From Eledone cirrhosa (lineage: Eukaryota), in NCBI GenBank assembly GCA_964016885.1, contig OZ024741.1:16554001-16618000 (forward strand): a stretch of 64,000 nt of DNA. Direction: 5' to 3'. Both the position numbers and the translations under genes were made by a program. This document shows positions 33,921 through 45,858 of this stretch, one piece after another (positions within the stretch are counted from its first letter, which is position 1; every line of letters starts with the position of its first letter). The notes under the pieces were generated by a model. The model was not told the DNA's origin, did not search any database, and was given only the letters and a program-made list of their open reading frames with translations.

Positions 33921-34299
33921 GAAGCAGAGTTACAATGCCGGCAGGAATATCTGTTCCAGTTCACTGCACTCGGAGTCTCCCGCTGAGGTCAACTTTCTTA
34001 TTCATCCCCTCCAGGCTGATAATAAAAGAACTGGACTAAATCTGCTGTGTTTTGACCTGTAGAAGGACGGACAGCTTTAAAGGCGCCAGGATGTCACAAC
34101 TCAGCTGTTAAGGACCTATAAATGGGTGGGCCCGAAGTAAAGGGGGAATAGCCTTTATATTTGTTACGGAATAAATCTGCTGTGTAAGGATCCTGTAAAA
34201 GGATCGATCAACTTTCGTCAAATCGGACCTAGGAAACAATGTTTCCATTAGTCTTTCCAGTTGCTAATACTATCTATCGGTCGCAACTCCAGGTAGAAG

Positions 34300-34418
34300 G
34301 AGCAACGTGAAATAAAGTGTCTTATTCAAGGACATAACGCATCGCCTGGTCCAGGAATCGAACTCACAACCTCAAGATTGTGAATCCAATTCTCTGACCA
34401 CTCAGCCACACGCCTTCA
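34300..34418 (-). mobile_element. tRNA-headed CORE-like SINE, 5' part
   Basis: Minus strand: ggcgtgtggctgagtggt (A box)...gagttcgattcc (B box)...gtccttgaataagacactttatttcacgttgctcc. Confidence 0.75.
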
Positions 34419-34589
34419 CCTGTAGAAGGATGGACAGGTTTAAAGGCGCCAGGATGTCACAACTCAGCTGTTAAGGACTTATAAATGGGTGGACCCGAAG
34501 CAACGGGGGAATAGCCTTTATATTTGTTACGGAAGTCAGTAAGGGCCGTTTGTTGACCTGATAACGAGAGTTAGATCTATTTCTCATCG

Positions 34590-35810
34590 CCGTCCCTACT
34601 TTTCTCACTCTCTCTCCCCTTCAGTCCAACGACCTCTTAAAAGCTTCACTCCCTATTCTTTCATCTCTTACATACTCCCCCCTCACTATCTGTGTTACTT
34701 CTTACTCTCTTACTCTCTCCTCCGTTTTTTCCTCCCTCTCTCTCTCGTATATCTGTGACTATTACTCCTCCCTCCCCCTTCCTCTCCAGTTTCTTTCTAT
34801 TGCTGTTCTTTACTACCGACCTCGACAACTACTACACTTCCTCTCTCTTTCCCTCTCTCTCTCTATCTCTTTACCGCCATCCCTACCATTCATATAATCG
34901 CACCTACCCCCCCTTCATATCTTCTTTCTGCTTCCTCTTCCTAGTCCCCCCCCCCCCTTTTATCTTTCCCTCCTCCTCCTCCTACTCATTAAGAGATTCA
35001 TTCATGCTTTTTTGACTTTTTTATGTCTAGAAAACGTGTTTTCTTACTACCCCCTCCCCTCCGTCACGTCCTGTTTCTTTCTTAGTTCTTATCTTTCTCC
35101 TAACCCTCCATATACACTTTAGACCCTCTCTATCTACCTCTCACCCCTCACTACCTTCTCTCTCTCTCTCTCTTTCATTAACTGACCTTTTTTTACTTCT
35201 TTTTTTCCTTCTTGCTTCATCTAATCTCCTCTCTTTCTCTCTATTTCTTTTTCTTCCTCTTCACATTCGCCTTTCTGTTTATTTCCCCCCACCCCCCGTA
35301 CATTCCTCCTTCGATAGCCTCAAGCTTCTTTCCTTCTCTTTCTCGCTTTGTTTCACCTCCGCTTCCTCCTACTTCCATTACAGTTCCTACATTTTCTCTT
35401 CCACTTCCTCTATCCCTTATTACTTCTCATCTTCATTCGGTCAATTTAATCCTCCACTTCTCCCACCTAATCCTTTATCTCCACCACCTCCTTTTACACT
35501 ACCACTTCATCCTTTATCTCCACCGCCTCCCTCATCCTTCTACACTCTCCTCTTCATCGCCTCCCTCATCTTCTACTCCTACTAACCCCCTTCCTCTCTA
35601 CAACACTTCTCGCCGGTTGTTCAGACTGTGAGTTCATACTTCTTTAACACACTCCTTCTTATTATTTATTTATTTTTATTCTTTACTATTCTTCCTCCGT
35701 TCATCTTTCTTTTCTTCCGTCTTTCTTCTTCCTTCATCACGTGTCTGTCTCACTCTTTCCTCCTCTCCTTTTATCTAACTTTTTTATTAATTCACTTTCT
35801 TCCTTCTCTT
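34590..35810 (+). repeat. ~1.2-kb pyrimidine-rich (C/T) low-complexity tract
   Basis: G is nearly absent on the plus strand. Confidence 0.85.
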
Positions 35811-36139
35811 GAACAACTCTGCCAAATAATCATAATGTTCGTATACACCACAAACAAATATAATATATACACAGACACAGGTATTTATATAGTTGTTTAG
35901 CCCTAGGTCAGGTCTAGAATCAAACATTCCAGCCATGACTATCTCGTCGTTTTTTTTTTTTGCAAATAATTATAGGACTGCATTATACAATGTGCCCTTT
36001 ATTTATTAAGACGGCAGCAGACGGAGTTTATTTGGCTGCTATTTCTAACAGGGTGAGCCTCCCTCGAAGCTTTTTTGTATATAGCTGTAACACACATACA
36101 TAAACATATATATAATATACATATATCTATAATTATATA

Positions 36140-36748
36140 TGGTGGCTGCCAACTCGTTTTCGAGTACGGCCACTACTTTATATCCATGTAGGAGAACCCC
36201 TACCGATACGCTGAACGAGTGTGACTTTTTAGTCCAGCCAGCAACTTGAAAACTCTGGTACAAACACTACACTTGTGACAATTATTGACACATAGTGCTG
36301 GGCCCATGGTACCATGTAATGACAAGTGCAGAGAGATCTCCAGATACAAAGCAATGCCTGTGCCGTGAAGCTTTTATAGTGAGCAAAGGCACTGCACAAA
36401 GCCAGTCCCACTCTCTTAACCAAGATGATATTTACCAAAAAGAAGAACAAGTCAACATCATTGGATACCATCAGGGTTACAGGTGTTATATCAGAGTTTT
36501 CCTTCTCCTAGAATTCTGCCTTGACAAAGGCTAAGGGGTCATCTCTCCCGGTGATTTTGGATGGCCATTGACTCTTAAGAGCTCCTTTGCCCTTTGACAG
36601 GTTTTGTTTTTAGTCCTGCAGGATGTCCAAAGTCACCCTCCTCACCAAGAAACCTTAGTGGGGTTGCCAGTTTAGTCGCCAACGACCCGACCATGAGACA
36701 GGTTGTACTGGGATACATGTTACCAGTAGCACCAAGTGGTGACCTGAC
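36140..36748 (-). mobile_element. probable 5' UTR fragment of an RTE/RTEX-type LINE
   Basis: Minus-strand ttagcctt..aaggca..tctaggagaaggaaaactctga resembles RTE-family 5' regions (recalled similarity, not searched). Flanked by TA-rich microsatellites. Confidence 0.45.
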
Positions 36749-36807
36749 AAAAAAAAAATATCTATAATTATATATATATATATATATACACACATATATT
36801 TATATAG

Positions 36808-36853
<46 letters not shown>

Positions 36854-37426
36854 ATATATAATATACATTTAGTTTCAAATGTTCATGTAGTAAATAAGTA
36901 TTTTAACGTAAAGACACATGTGCCGGCCCACTTCATTTCAAGCTGTCACAAATACAAGAACATACACACGCTCATATATACATATATATATATATATACA
37001 CTATCTGTATACGTTCTATTCATTATATATATACATATTATATAGATATACTCTATATTGACACTATATCTATATACTACATAGGTGTTCAATGGATTTT
37101 ACACGTGTTTACAAAACAATGCGCCTTCCTCATTTTACAAGTAAGTACACGTTTATGTTCATATTTCTTTCCTGCTTTCTTTGTTGATGTTTAGCTCCAA
37201 GTCAGCCCGCTTTTGATTTAACTTTTACCTCTGATCCTAGACACTCCAGTCGTGAACATCCCGTATTTTTATATAGTTAGCTAGCTATGACTAACTGCCT
37301 AAACCGATGTGTCATTCTATGATATTTATTTTAAAAGACAGTCCCTAGGGATGGATTTCAGAGGGGTTTGCTTGTTATTTCTAGCATACCAAACTACTAT
37401 ATAGAGGCTTCTCGTTGATTTCTGTA

Positions 37427-37461
<35 letters not shown>

Positions 37462-37561
37462 CAGGATGTCCGCCAAAATGTATATACATTTTGATTACCA
37501 TGTACAGGCAATATTTATTAGAATGCGCAGCCTTTGTGTATACATTTTTGGGGACATCCTA
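37462..37561. mobile_element. Tc1/mariner-type MITE
   Basis: TA-CAGGATGTCC..AAAATGTATA ... TATACATTTT..GGACATCCT; same family as 45109-45208 and 47269-47345. Confidence 0.8.
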
Positions 37562-37669
37562 TACACACACACATATATATATTACGAGACAGTGTCACGA
37601 AGTACACATTTTGTAAAGAAAATGTTAACAAGTCACATCCAAAGAAATCTATTTATAGTATAGCCTGCT

Positions 37670-37848
37670 GGTATTCTATAGTATTAATCTACTTTCTGAG
37701 TTCAAATCTCACCTGGGTCAACTTTATCTTCCTTCATCCCAGAACCTATAAAAGAAAATAGTCAAATATAGGGGTCGAATTAATTGTCTATTCCCTAGGT
37801 CCTCCCACTGTCCGCCCCAAAAGTTAGGGACCCGGCCTTGTGCCTATG
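37670..37848 (+). mobile_element. degenerate Meta-core SINE
   Basis: ttctgagttcaaatc...ggtcaacttt...ttcatcc...ggggtcgaattaat...ggccttgtgcct. Confidence 0.6.
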
Positions 37849-38843
37849 TTAGTTAGCGCTGTTTAGCTCCCAGCTGATTGGAATCTATCATAATTCCAGA
37901 AAAGCATTTGATCAGTGGAATCCCATCCGTGACCATTCCATCATATGTATGCAGACCTGTCAACTCTCCCCGTCCGACGGGGACATTCTCACCCACCCCA
38001 AAGTGCGTGAGAGATGTCTTGTCTTGTGAAAATGGGTATAGCTTTCATTATGTAAAATCTCCCCATTTTGCCTCATTTCGAAGCACTTTTTTCATGGTAC
38101 TCTCCGTTTGGGTTTTTAGAGCTTGACAGGTCTGTGTATGTTAGAGTCGTCCCATCCGTGACCATTCCATCTTATGTTAGACAATGTGTATGTAGCATCA
38201 TATGTTGAGGTAGGCATGGTTGGCTGGTAAAGAAGTTCGTTTCGCAATAATGTATCTTTTGTAAATGTTTTTATCATAGCTTCTGGTCGACCCAAGGTTT
38301 GACAGAAATTGTGGAGAAGAAACCAATTAGATGAACTATAGTGGTGGTGGTGGTGGTGATGGTAGTAGTAGTAGCATGTGGGTTAGAAACGATTGAACTG
38401 GAACTCCAATATATGCTGTGTATGGCAGATGGTTGTGGGGGTTGGTGGTGGTAGTGATAGGGGAGTGGTGGTGGTAATGGTGGATCTTGTGGTGGGTGTA
38501 GTGATAGGGGAGATGTAGTGGGAGTATTGTTGATGAAAGATATAGTGATGGATGTAGTGATAGGGGAGAGGTGGTGTTGGATCATGTTGGGACAGAAGAT
38601 ATAAAGATGGAAGAGAGGTGGTGATGGTATAGGATGTAGAGTGGTGGTAATTAGTGATTTTTCTACTTATTACCCTAATAAGATCCAAGTGTTGCTATTT
38701 AGCCCTCATCTCAGCTACCCCATGATCAAAGGTATTCCAGCCAAGACCATCCTGTTTATTGGGGTGGTGGTGGTGTTAAATGATGCCATTACCACTCCAA
38801 CACCACCATCACTAATGAAACTAATGTTACAAGCACTATCACT

Positions 38844-39285
38844 CTGGTGTCCTCAGCCCGAGGGCTACCTCCGTACTCACCACCATAGGCGCTGAGTTGG
38901 CTACCCCTAGCAGTGGAGACTTCTGGTGTCCTCGGCCCTAGGGCTACCTTCTTACTCACCACCATAGGCGCTGAGCTGGCTACCCCTAGCAGTGGAGACT
39001 TCTGGTGTCCTCGGCCCTAGGGCTACCTCCTTACTCACCACCATAGGCGCTGAGCTGGCTACCCCTAGCAGTGGAGACTTCTAGTGTCCTTGGCCCTAGG
39101 GCTACCTCCTTACTCACCACCATAGGTGCTGAGCTGGCCAGCCGCAGGTGTGAGCCTCGCGAGTTGGAATGGCTCTTCCGGTGCGTCTCCCTTGCCGTCC
39201 TCCGGGGAAACACCTTCTCCATTCTGTCCACCGGGGCTGTGGGGAGGCCACCAATATGATTGACTGACTTGTCATTTGATCAATG
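38844..39285 (+). mobile_element. CRE-like 3' fragment with a 79-bp internal tandem amplification
   Basis: ctggtgtcc recurs at 38844, 38923, 39002 and 39081; ORF 39071-39259 reads ETSSVLGPRATSLL..ELEWLFRCVSLAVLRGNTFSIL. Confidence 0.8.
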
Positions 39286-39544
39286 TTATCACTACCATTA
39301 ACACCACCCCATAGAGAAACAATGACACGCTAGCTCACCCCCACACTGTGTTGGATCCCATCTTGTTTGGCATCTCAGCAGTTTTGTTAAAACATACCTT
39401 TGGCACATCAACTGAAAGTGTCTAATTTCACACCAGACAATGAGAAAGTGCCTGGTCAGCCACTATTGAGGGCTAAAACTAAAGTAGGTGCACCTTTCAT
39501 CAGTAACATGTTTTCAAAAGTTGTAGTGAGGTCCCACCGCCTCC

Positions 39545-39705
39545 CACTGCAAAGTGGTCGTGGAGGTGCCACAGCAAAAAAGTACCCAGCACTCACTGTA
39601 AATGAGGTTGGTGTTAGGAAGGGCATTCAGCTGTAGAAATCAAGCCAGAATCAGTTCCTGTCTAACCCATGCTAGTGTGGAAGAACGGACGTAAAACGGT
39701 GATGT
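39545..39705 (+). mobile_element. 3' part of RTE-tailed SINE or RTE 3' UTR
   Basis: ggttggtgttaggaagggcattcagctgtagaaa...aacccatgctagtgtggaagaacggacgtaaaacggtgatg. Confidence 0.75.
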
Positions 39706-39823
39706 TATAAAATGTATTGTTTATTTCAGTGTATTAAGACTACTGGTTACTGTGAATATGACATTTACATACAAACAATAAAGATACAATAGATAAATAC
39801 AAATAAACAAATAAGTGGTGATG

Positions 39824-40142
39824 GAGGCACATGGCTTAGTGGTTAGAGCATTGGCCTTGCAATCGAAAGGTTGTGAGTTCAATTCTCAGACCGGGTGATG
39901 TGTTGTGTCCTTGAGCAAGACACTTTATTTCGCATTGCTCCAGTATGAGATAATAGGGACTGTAGTCCCTATCATTCCACTGCAAAATGGTCGTAGAGGT
40001 GCCACGGCAAAAAAGCACCCAGCACTCACTGTAAATGAGGTTGGTGTTAGGAAGGGCATCCAGCTGTAGAAATCCAGCCAGAATCAGTTCCCGTCCCACC
40101 CTTGCAAGCAGGGAAAAGCGGACGTAAAATGATGATGATGAT
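39824..40142 (+). mobile_element. full-length tRNA/CORE-like SINE with RTE-derived 3' end and (TGA)n tail
   Basis: A box tggcttagtgg, B box gagttcaattc, CORE-like gtgtccttgagcaagacacttta; the 3' 39 nt are identical to the RTE end at 61141-61179. Confidence 0.9.
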
Positions 40143-40199
40143 CTCTCTCTTTCACTCACTGTCTCTGTCTCTCTCACTCTCCCCATCTCTCACTATTAT

Positions 40200-40392
40200 A
40201 TGAAAATGGGGGCCCATGTGCTGGCTGCCCCAGTAGAGAGAATAGAGGTGTTACTCCAGAGGATGGTAAGGGAGATGTGTTGGAAGAGCCATTCCAGCTT
40301 GCAAAGTTCACATCTGCAGGTGGCCAACTGTGTGCCAATGGTGGTGAGTAGGGAGGTGACCCTAGAGCCAAGGACACCAGAAGTCTCCACTA
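40200..40392 (-). mobile_element. degenerate CRE-like 3' fragment
   Basis: VETSGVLGSRVTSLLTTIG..LEWLFQHISLTIL. Confidence 0.7.
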
Positions 40393-40527
40393 AGTTATTT
40401 GTTACCACATTTCTAATGAAAGACACTGCCAATAATTTCCAAATAATTTTGAAAATAATCATGAATTTGGGGTGGGTATGTGAGATTTAATATATTAATT
40501 ACTTTTCTCATTATTAATTTGGTGTTT

Positions 40528-40742
40528 AGGGTGGTGGGTTGGTAGAGTGTTGGACAACATACTTTGTAGCATATATTTACGGCCATTTATGTTCCGAGTT
40601 CAAATCCTGCTGAGATTAGTTTTGCCTTTCATCCTTACAGGGGGTCGATAAAATAAAGTACCAGTAATGCACTGAGGTCAATTTAATCGACTTTCCCCTT
40701 CCTCAAAATTGTTGGCCTTGTGCCTAAATCAGAAACTATTAT
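40528..40742 (+). mobile_element. Meta-core SINE
   Basis: gagttcaaatcc...tttgcctttcatccttacagggggtcgataaaataaagtaccagt...ggccttgtgcctaaatcagaaactattatt. Confidence 0.85.
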
Positions 40743-40928
40743 TAATCTGGTGTATGGAGTATAACTTAACAAAGTTATACTAGCGTATAACAAACCCATG
40801 CTAGCGTGGCAAGTAGACGTTAAACAATGATGATGATGATGATGAAAGGTTCATATGTATGAGTCCCGAGTTCAATCGGGGATAACTAGAGTAAGTAAGG
40901 TACTCAATACATTAGTAGATTGTTAACA

Positions 40929-41060
40929 TCAAGTTTAATATAGAAATATCTTCTACAGGACTAGAACTGTTTCATTCAAAAGAGATCATCAGGAAAGATG
41001 ATTTCTTTTGAATGAAACAGTTCTAGTAAACAGTAGAAGCCATTTCTATATTAAACTTGA
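40929..41060. other. fold-back pair of hammerhead-containing pLTR-like fragments (minus-strand motif 40951-40995 with intact CTGATGA; plus-strand copy 40997-41060)
   Basis: tcaagtttaatatagaaat..ctagaactgtttcattcaaaaga is mirrored by tcttttgaatgaaacagttctag..atttctatattaaacttga. Confidence 0.8.
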
Positions 41061-41066
41061 CTATAT

Positions 41067-41112
<46 letters not shown>

Positions 41113-41113
<1 letters not shown>

Positions 41114-41302
41114 ATTGTTTCTACTTTTGTCACAAGGCCAGCAATTATCCCAGTACATTACTGGTATTTTATTTTATCGACCCGGTAAGGATGAAAGGCA
41201 AAGTTAATCTTGGCAGGATTTGAACTCAGACTGCAAAGGGACGTAACTATGCTAGAAAACAATTCGTCCGACCCTCTACCGATACTGCCAATCCACTGCC
41301 CT
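41113..41302 (-). mobile_element. Meta-core SINE
   Basis: Reverse complement of the SINE consensus seen at 50668-50862. Confidence 0.85.
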
Positions 41303-41489
41303 CTCTCTCTCTATATATATATATAATAATAAAAAGGACAAGGTGTCAGATCTTCATTACATTTATTGAGGTGTGACGCGTGTTTTGCAATTGATCAGCT
41401 CAAGGCTTGATCTGTATCGATTGGGCCCGGCTCAGGAATCAAAAGCTTGTCGGGCTTCTGTTATGGTAATATATATATTAATCGATATA

Positions 41490-44400
41490 TGATGGATGGA
41501 TGGACTACGGAATCCTGGAGAGTGGAAGAGAGAGAAAAATCTGGACGCTCAGCGACAATGCCAAAGATAAAGACAAATTCACCTCGTGGACGAGAATGCG
41601 AGCACTCCTCTTTGTTTCGGCCGCGGATGGCTAACATAACCCCATCTCCCCCCGCTCCCCACCGCTCCCACCCTCCAAACGCAATCCAAAACTTCAGAGT
41701 TGGTACCATAAATGTAGGCACCTTAAAGGGTCGCTCTAACAAGGTTGTAGAAATGCTCGAACGTAAGGAGGTTGAATGTTTGTTGTATTCAAGAGACCAG
41801 GTGGAGGGGTGGGTCTGCTAGATTCATTGAGGGTAAAAAACGATGCTATAAGCTTTTCTGGGTGGGAAATGACGATGGGCTGGGTGGAGTAGGAATCATG
41901 GTAGCAGAAAAGTGGGCAGATAAGATAATAGACGTAAATAGAGTGAACGACAGAATAATTAAAATAAGACTTGTCCTCAATAGAACTATGGTGACAGTAA
42001 TATCTGCGTACGCACCCCAATCCGGACTGCCCGGCACTATAAAAGACAGATTCTATGAGACACTGATGCTCACTACCTCCCAAATAACCGACAGTGACTA
42101 TATAATTATTGCAGGCGACCTAAATGGTCACGTTGGACAACATTGTGACGGCTACAACGGAATCCATGGAGGCTATGGGTTTGGTACTAGAAATGAGGAA
42201 GGCTCCAGACTCCTGGAATTCTGTAACGCAAATAACCTAACTATCTGTAACACTAACTTCAAAAAACGAGACAATCACCTGATCACCTATAGATCGGGGG
42301 AACACACAAGCCAGGTAGATTATATCCTTACCAGAAGACGTGATAGAGTGTCTGTTGTAAACACTAAATCCCTCCCCCATGAAGAATGCACCTCCCAACA
42401 TAGACTGATAATTAGCGACCTCATAGTCAAGACGAGACGTACTCGACAGCAGAAGAGGACTATCCTCAGGATAAAAATATGGAAGCTAAAGGACCCCACA
42501 GCCAGAAATAAATTCCAAAGCATATTACTTGATGCTTTCGACAGTAAGGAAGAGCATTTAGAGTCGGACAATATAGAGGGACAGTGGGAATTCCTGAAAG
42601 CAAACCTGCTGATGGCGGCAGACGAAGTCTGTGGCTGGAGCAGGCCTGTAGGCAGGAGGAGAGTAACATGGTGGTGGAACAGTAAGGTGGAGGGGTCAAT
42701 TAAGGCCAAAAAGCAGGCTTGGAAAGTATGGCGGGGTGGGGGAAGTAGAGAAGACTATCAAGTGGCCAGGAGGGAAGCTAGGAGACAAGTGTACTTCGCA
42801 AGAAGGGAAGCAGAGGAAAGAAAGTTCAAGCATGTTCTACAACGCGAGGACCAAAAACGAGGTGTTCAGGATTGCTAGGCAATGTGTCAAGGAAAACCGT
42901 GATATTGTCGGGGAGAAGTGTGTGCTTAATGATGACGGCGTACTTGCCATCACCGACACTGATAAGAAGGTAGCTTGGAAGTGTCACTATGAAAGGCTAC
43001 TAAATGAGGAGAATAAATGGGAGAAAGACAGTCTCCCCCACATCGACTCAATAGAGGGACCAGCAGTGTTAGTTGAGGGTAGTATAATAAGTAAGGCAAT
43101 CAAGGATATGAAGACGGGTAAGGCGGCTGGGCCTTCGGAAATAGTTGCTGAGATGCTGAAGGCATCTGGCACGGTGGGACACACCATGGTCACCCGGATA
43201 GTTAACCAAGTCGTACAGAATGGGGTTGTTCCGAAGGACTGGCATAGCAGCATCATCGTTAACTGTTATAAGGGTAAAGGAGATGCCCTAGATAGGAGTA
43301 ACTATAGAGGCATTAAATTAATCGACCAGGTCATGAAGGTCACGGAAAAAGTAATAGTGCAACTAATCAGAGAGAGAATTGATCTAGATGAAATGCAGTT
43401 CGGGTTTGTGTCAGGCAAAAGTACCACAGACGCTCTTTTCATTGTACGACAACTACAGAAGTACCTAGCTAAAAGTAAACCCCTATACTTAGCCTTTGTC
43501 GACTTGGAGAAAGCGTTCGACAGAGTCCCCCGTTCCATTATCTGGTGGGCTCTTAGAAAACTAGGTGTTGATGAATGGCTTGTGAGAGCTATACAAGCCA
43601 TGTATAAAGAAACAGTCAGTAAGGTTAGAATTAACAACGAATATAGTGAAGAATTTAGCGTAAAAGTTGGCGTCCATCAGGGCTCTGTTCTAAGCCCCCT
43701 ACTATTTATTATTGCCCTTCAGGCTATAACAGAGGAGTTCAAGACCGGCTGCCCATGGGAACTCCTATACGCAGACGACCTAACACTCATAGCTGAATCA
43801 ATGGCCGAGCTAGAGAAGAAATTCCAAACATGGAAGCACGGCCTAGAATCAAAAGGCCTTAAAATTAATCTGGCTAAGACCAAAGTTCTAGTTTGTAGGA
43901 AAGAAAATAAGGCGGCGGTCCCTTCCGGGAAGTGGCCATGCTCAGTGTGTAGGAAAGGCGTAGGTAGCAACTCCATTTTGTGTCAGAAATGCAAAGTATG
44001 GGTGCATAAAAGATGTCGTGGGATCACAGGTAAGCTAACTAAGAACATAGATTTCACATGTGGCCGGTGCTCTGGTGCAATAAGTAGCAGCAAGTGCCCA
44101 CAAAATACTAGCTCTTTCAACTGCGCAGAGGGCTCTATAGAAATAGTGGACAGCTTCCGTTACCTGGGTGACAAAATCAGCAGTGGGGGAGGGTGCTCTG
44201 AAAGTACAGTAGCTAGAGTCAGAACTGGATGGAAAAAGTTCAGAGAGCTTATACCACTATTAGCCGCTAAAGGGTTCTCCCTAAAAACGAAAGGCAGGTT
44301 GTATGATGCCTGCATACGAACAGCAATGTTGCATGGCAGTGAGACCTGGGCATTGTGTGCAGAGGATATATGCAGACTAGAGAGGAACGAAGCTAGCATG

Positions 44401-45108
44401 CTCCGCTGGATGTGTAATAGTAATATACGTGAACGGCAAAGCATAAACGAACTAAGGAAAAAATTAGAAATAAGAGGGATCAGATGTTGTTTACTTGAGA
44501 GAAGGCTACGTTGGTATGGACACGTGATGCGCATGAAAGCCGATAGCTGTATAACAAAGTGCAGGGCAATAAAGATAGACGGTAGCCACGGAATAGGCAG
44601 ACCCAGAAAAACCTGGGACGAACTGATAAACTCCGACCTCACACACTTACACCTCTCCAAGACAATGTCACTGGACCGAGACCTTTGGCGGTACTCAGTA
44701 ATAGAGAAGACCCGCCTTACCTAAATACATAGTAAAACCTACTACAGTCAGTAGGCATCTCTAACAAAATACACCCCCGTCCCACCACCCCCACCCCATC
44801 CACACCGCCCCCTTCTATGTAAAGTTATGTTGGTGCCACACCATCCAGGCCGAAACAAATAAGATCGTGTAGGTGTCACGACAAAAAAACACAGTTCACG
44901 CTGTAATGTGGCCGTGTAGGCCACACGGTAAAAACCTCCCAGACCCACACTGTAAATGTGGTTGGTGTTAGGAAGGGCATCCAACTGTAGAAAACCTGCC
45001 AGAAAGTCCTATGCGAGCAAGACAATCACTCTTGCCTCAAGTGGGAAAACCCCTGTCCAAACCCATGCAAGCGTGGAACACGGACGTTAAACGTTGATGA
45101 TGATGATG
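41490..45108 (+). mobile_element. near-full-length RTE-clade LINE (APE endonuclease, RT with PHD-like insertion), ~380-nt 3' UTR and (TGA)n tail; family A
   Basis: EN motifs GTINVGTL, CIQETRW, SAYAPQ, GDLNGHVG, QVDYIL, SQHRL; RT motifs DLEKAFD, QGSVLSP, LYADDL, FRYLG; tail at 45093-45108. The 5' end is approximate. Confidence 0.95.
41558..44724 (+). pseudogene. RTE EN-RT ORF broken by two frameshifts (~41770 and ~42855)
   Basis: Homologous protein is split over ORFs 41447-41821, 41772-42878 and 42736-44724. One codon is also missing in RQLQ(E)KYL relative to the other copies. Confidence 0.9.
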
Positions 45109-45208
45109 AGGGTGTCACAAAAAAGTGTATACACACTTCAACAGCATTCTAATAAATATTGTCTGTACAGGTAATGAAAGTATGTATACATTTTTGGGAG
45201 ACAGCCTG
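45109..45208. mobile_element. Tc1/mariner-type MITE directly abutting the RTE tail
   Basis: agggtgtcacaaaaaagtgtataca ... tgtatacatttttgggagacagcctg-TA. Confidence 0.75.
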
Positions 45209-45720
45209 TATATATATAAATATAAGCACTTTAAAACATGTATCATAAACCTAAGGTCAGTTTCAGACTGATATGAACAGGTGGAATTTGTTTAGCTTTG
45301 TTGTGTTCAGAGAAAGGTACATGTGAACTATTAAAGCTTAACCTGACCTAGATTGTGAAAGGTCAAAGGTCAAGACCAGAAAATATAGGAGGGGGATAAT
45401 GGGGAGGTGATGTCACCTTTAATTTAAGGTTGAAACAATAAATGCTGCCTTTTGACTGACCCTTATTGTTTCATATTTGATCCTTCCCTTCAAAGGAATG
45501 TAGACTCACAGATACCATATGTGAATGTCTAGACCTCGACCTTACAATATATATATTGCTATAATAAAACCTGAATCTCCCTGAGAACTGCATTAAGTGT
45601 AGTCATGTCATTGGAATGTTCAATCACTTGCATGTTAATTTGATGAGCAGGCTGTTCTGTTGATTGGATTAACTGGGATACTTGACGTAACCGACGGAGT
45701 GCCAATTATGTGTGTGTGTG

Positions 45721-45760
<40 letters not shown>

Positions 45761-45858
45761 AGTTTGTCTACAAACCCACACACACTGTATATATATATAT
45801 ATGTGTGTGTGAGTTTGTCTACATACACACACACACTATATATATACATATATATATA

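Noticed and set aside
34985-35045. Possible degenerate hammerhead within the pyrimidine tract
   Set aside because: The core and stems are too poor to distinguish from chance.
39390-39515. Minus-strand exon ending in AG|GTATGT, and a nearby CTGATGA
   Set aside because: Stops occur in all three frames from the obvious acceptor, and no GAAA or stem III follows the CTGATGA.
39826-39895. tRNA gene
   Set aside because: A and B boxes are present, but they continue into a SINE body and no complete cloverleaf is evident. The same applies to the other SINE heads.
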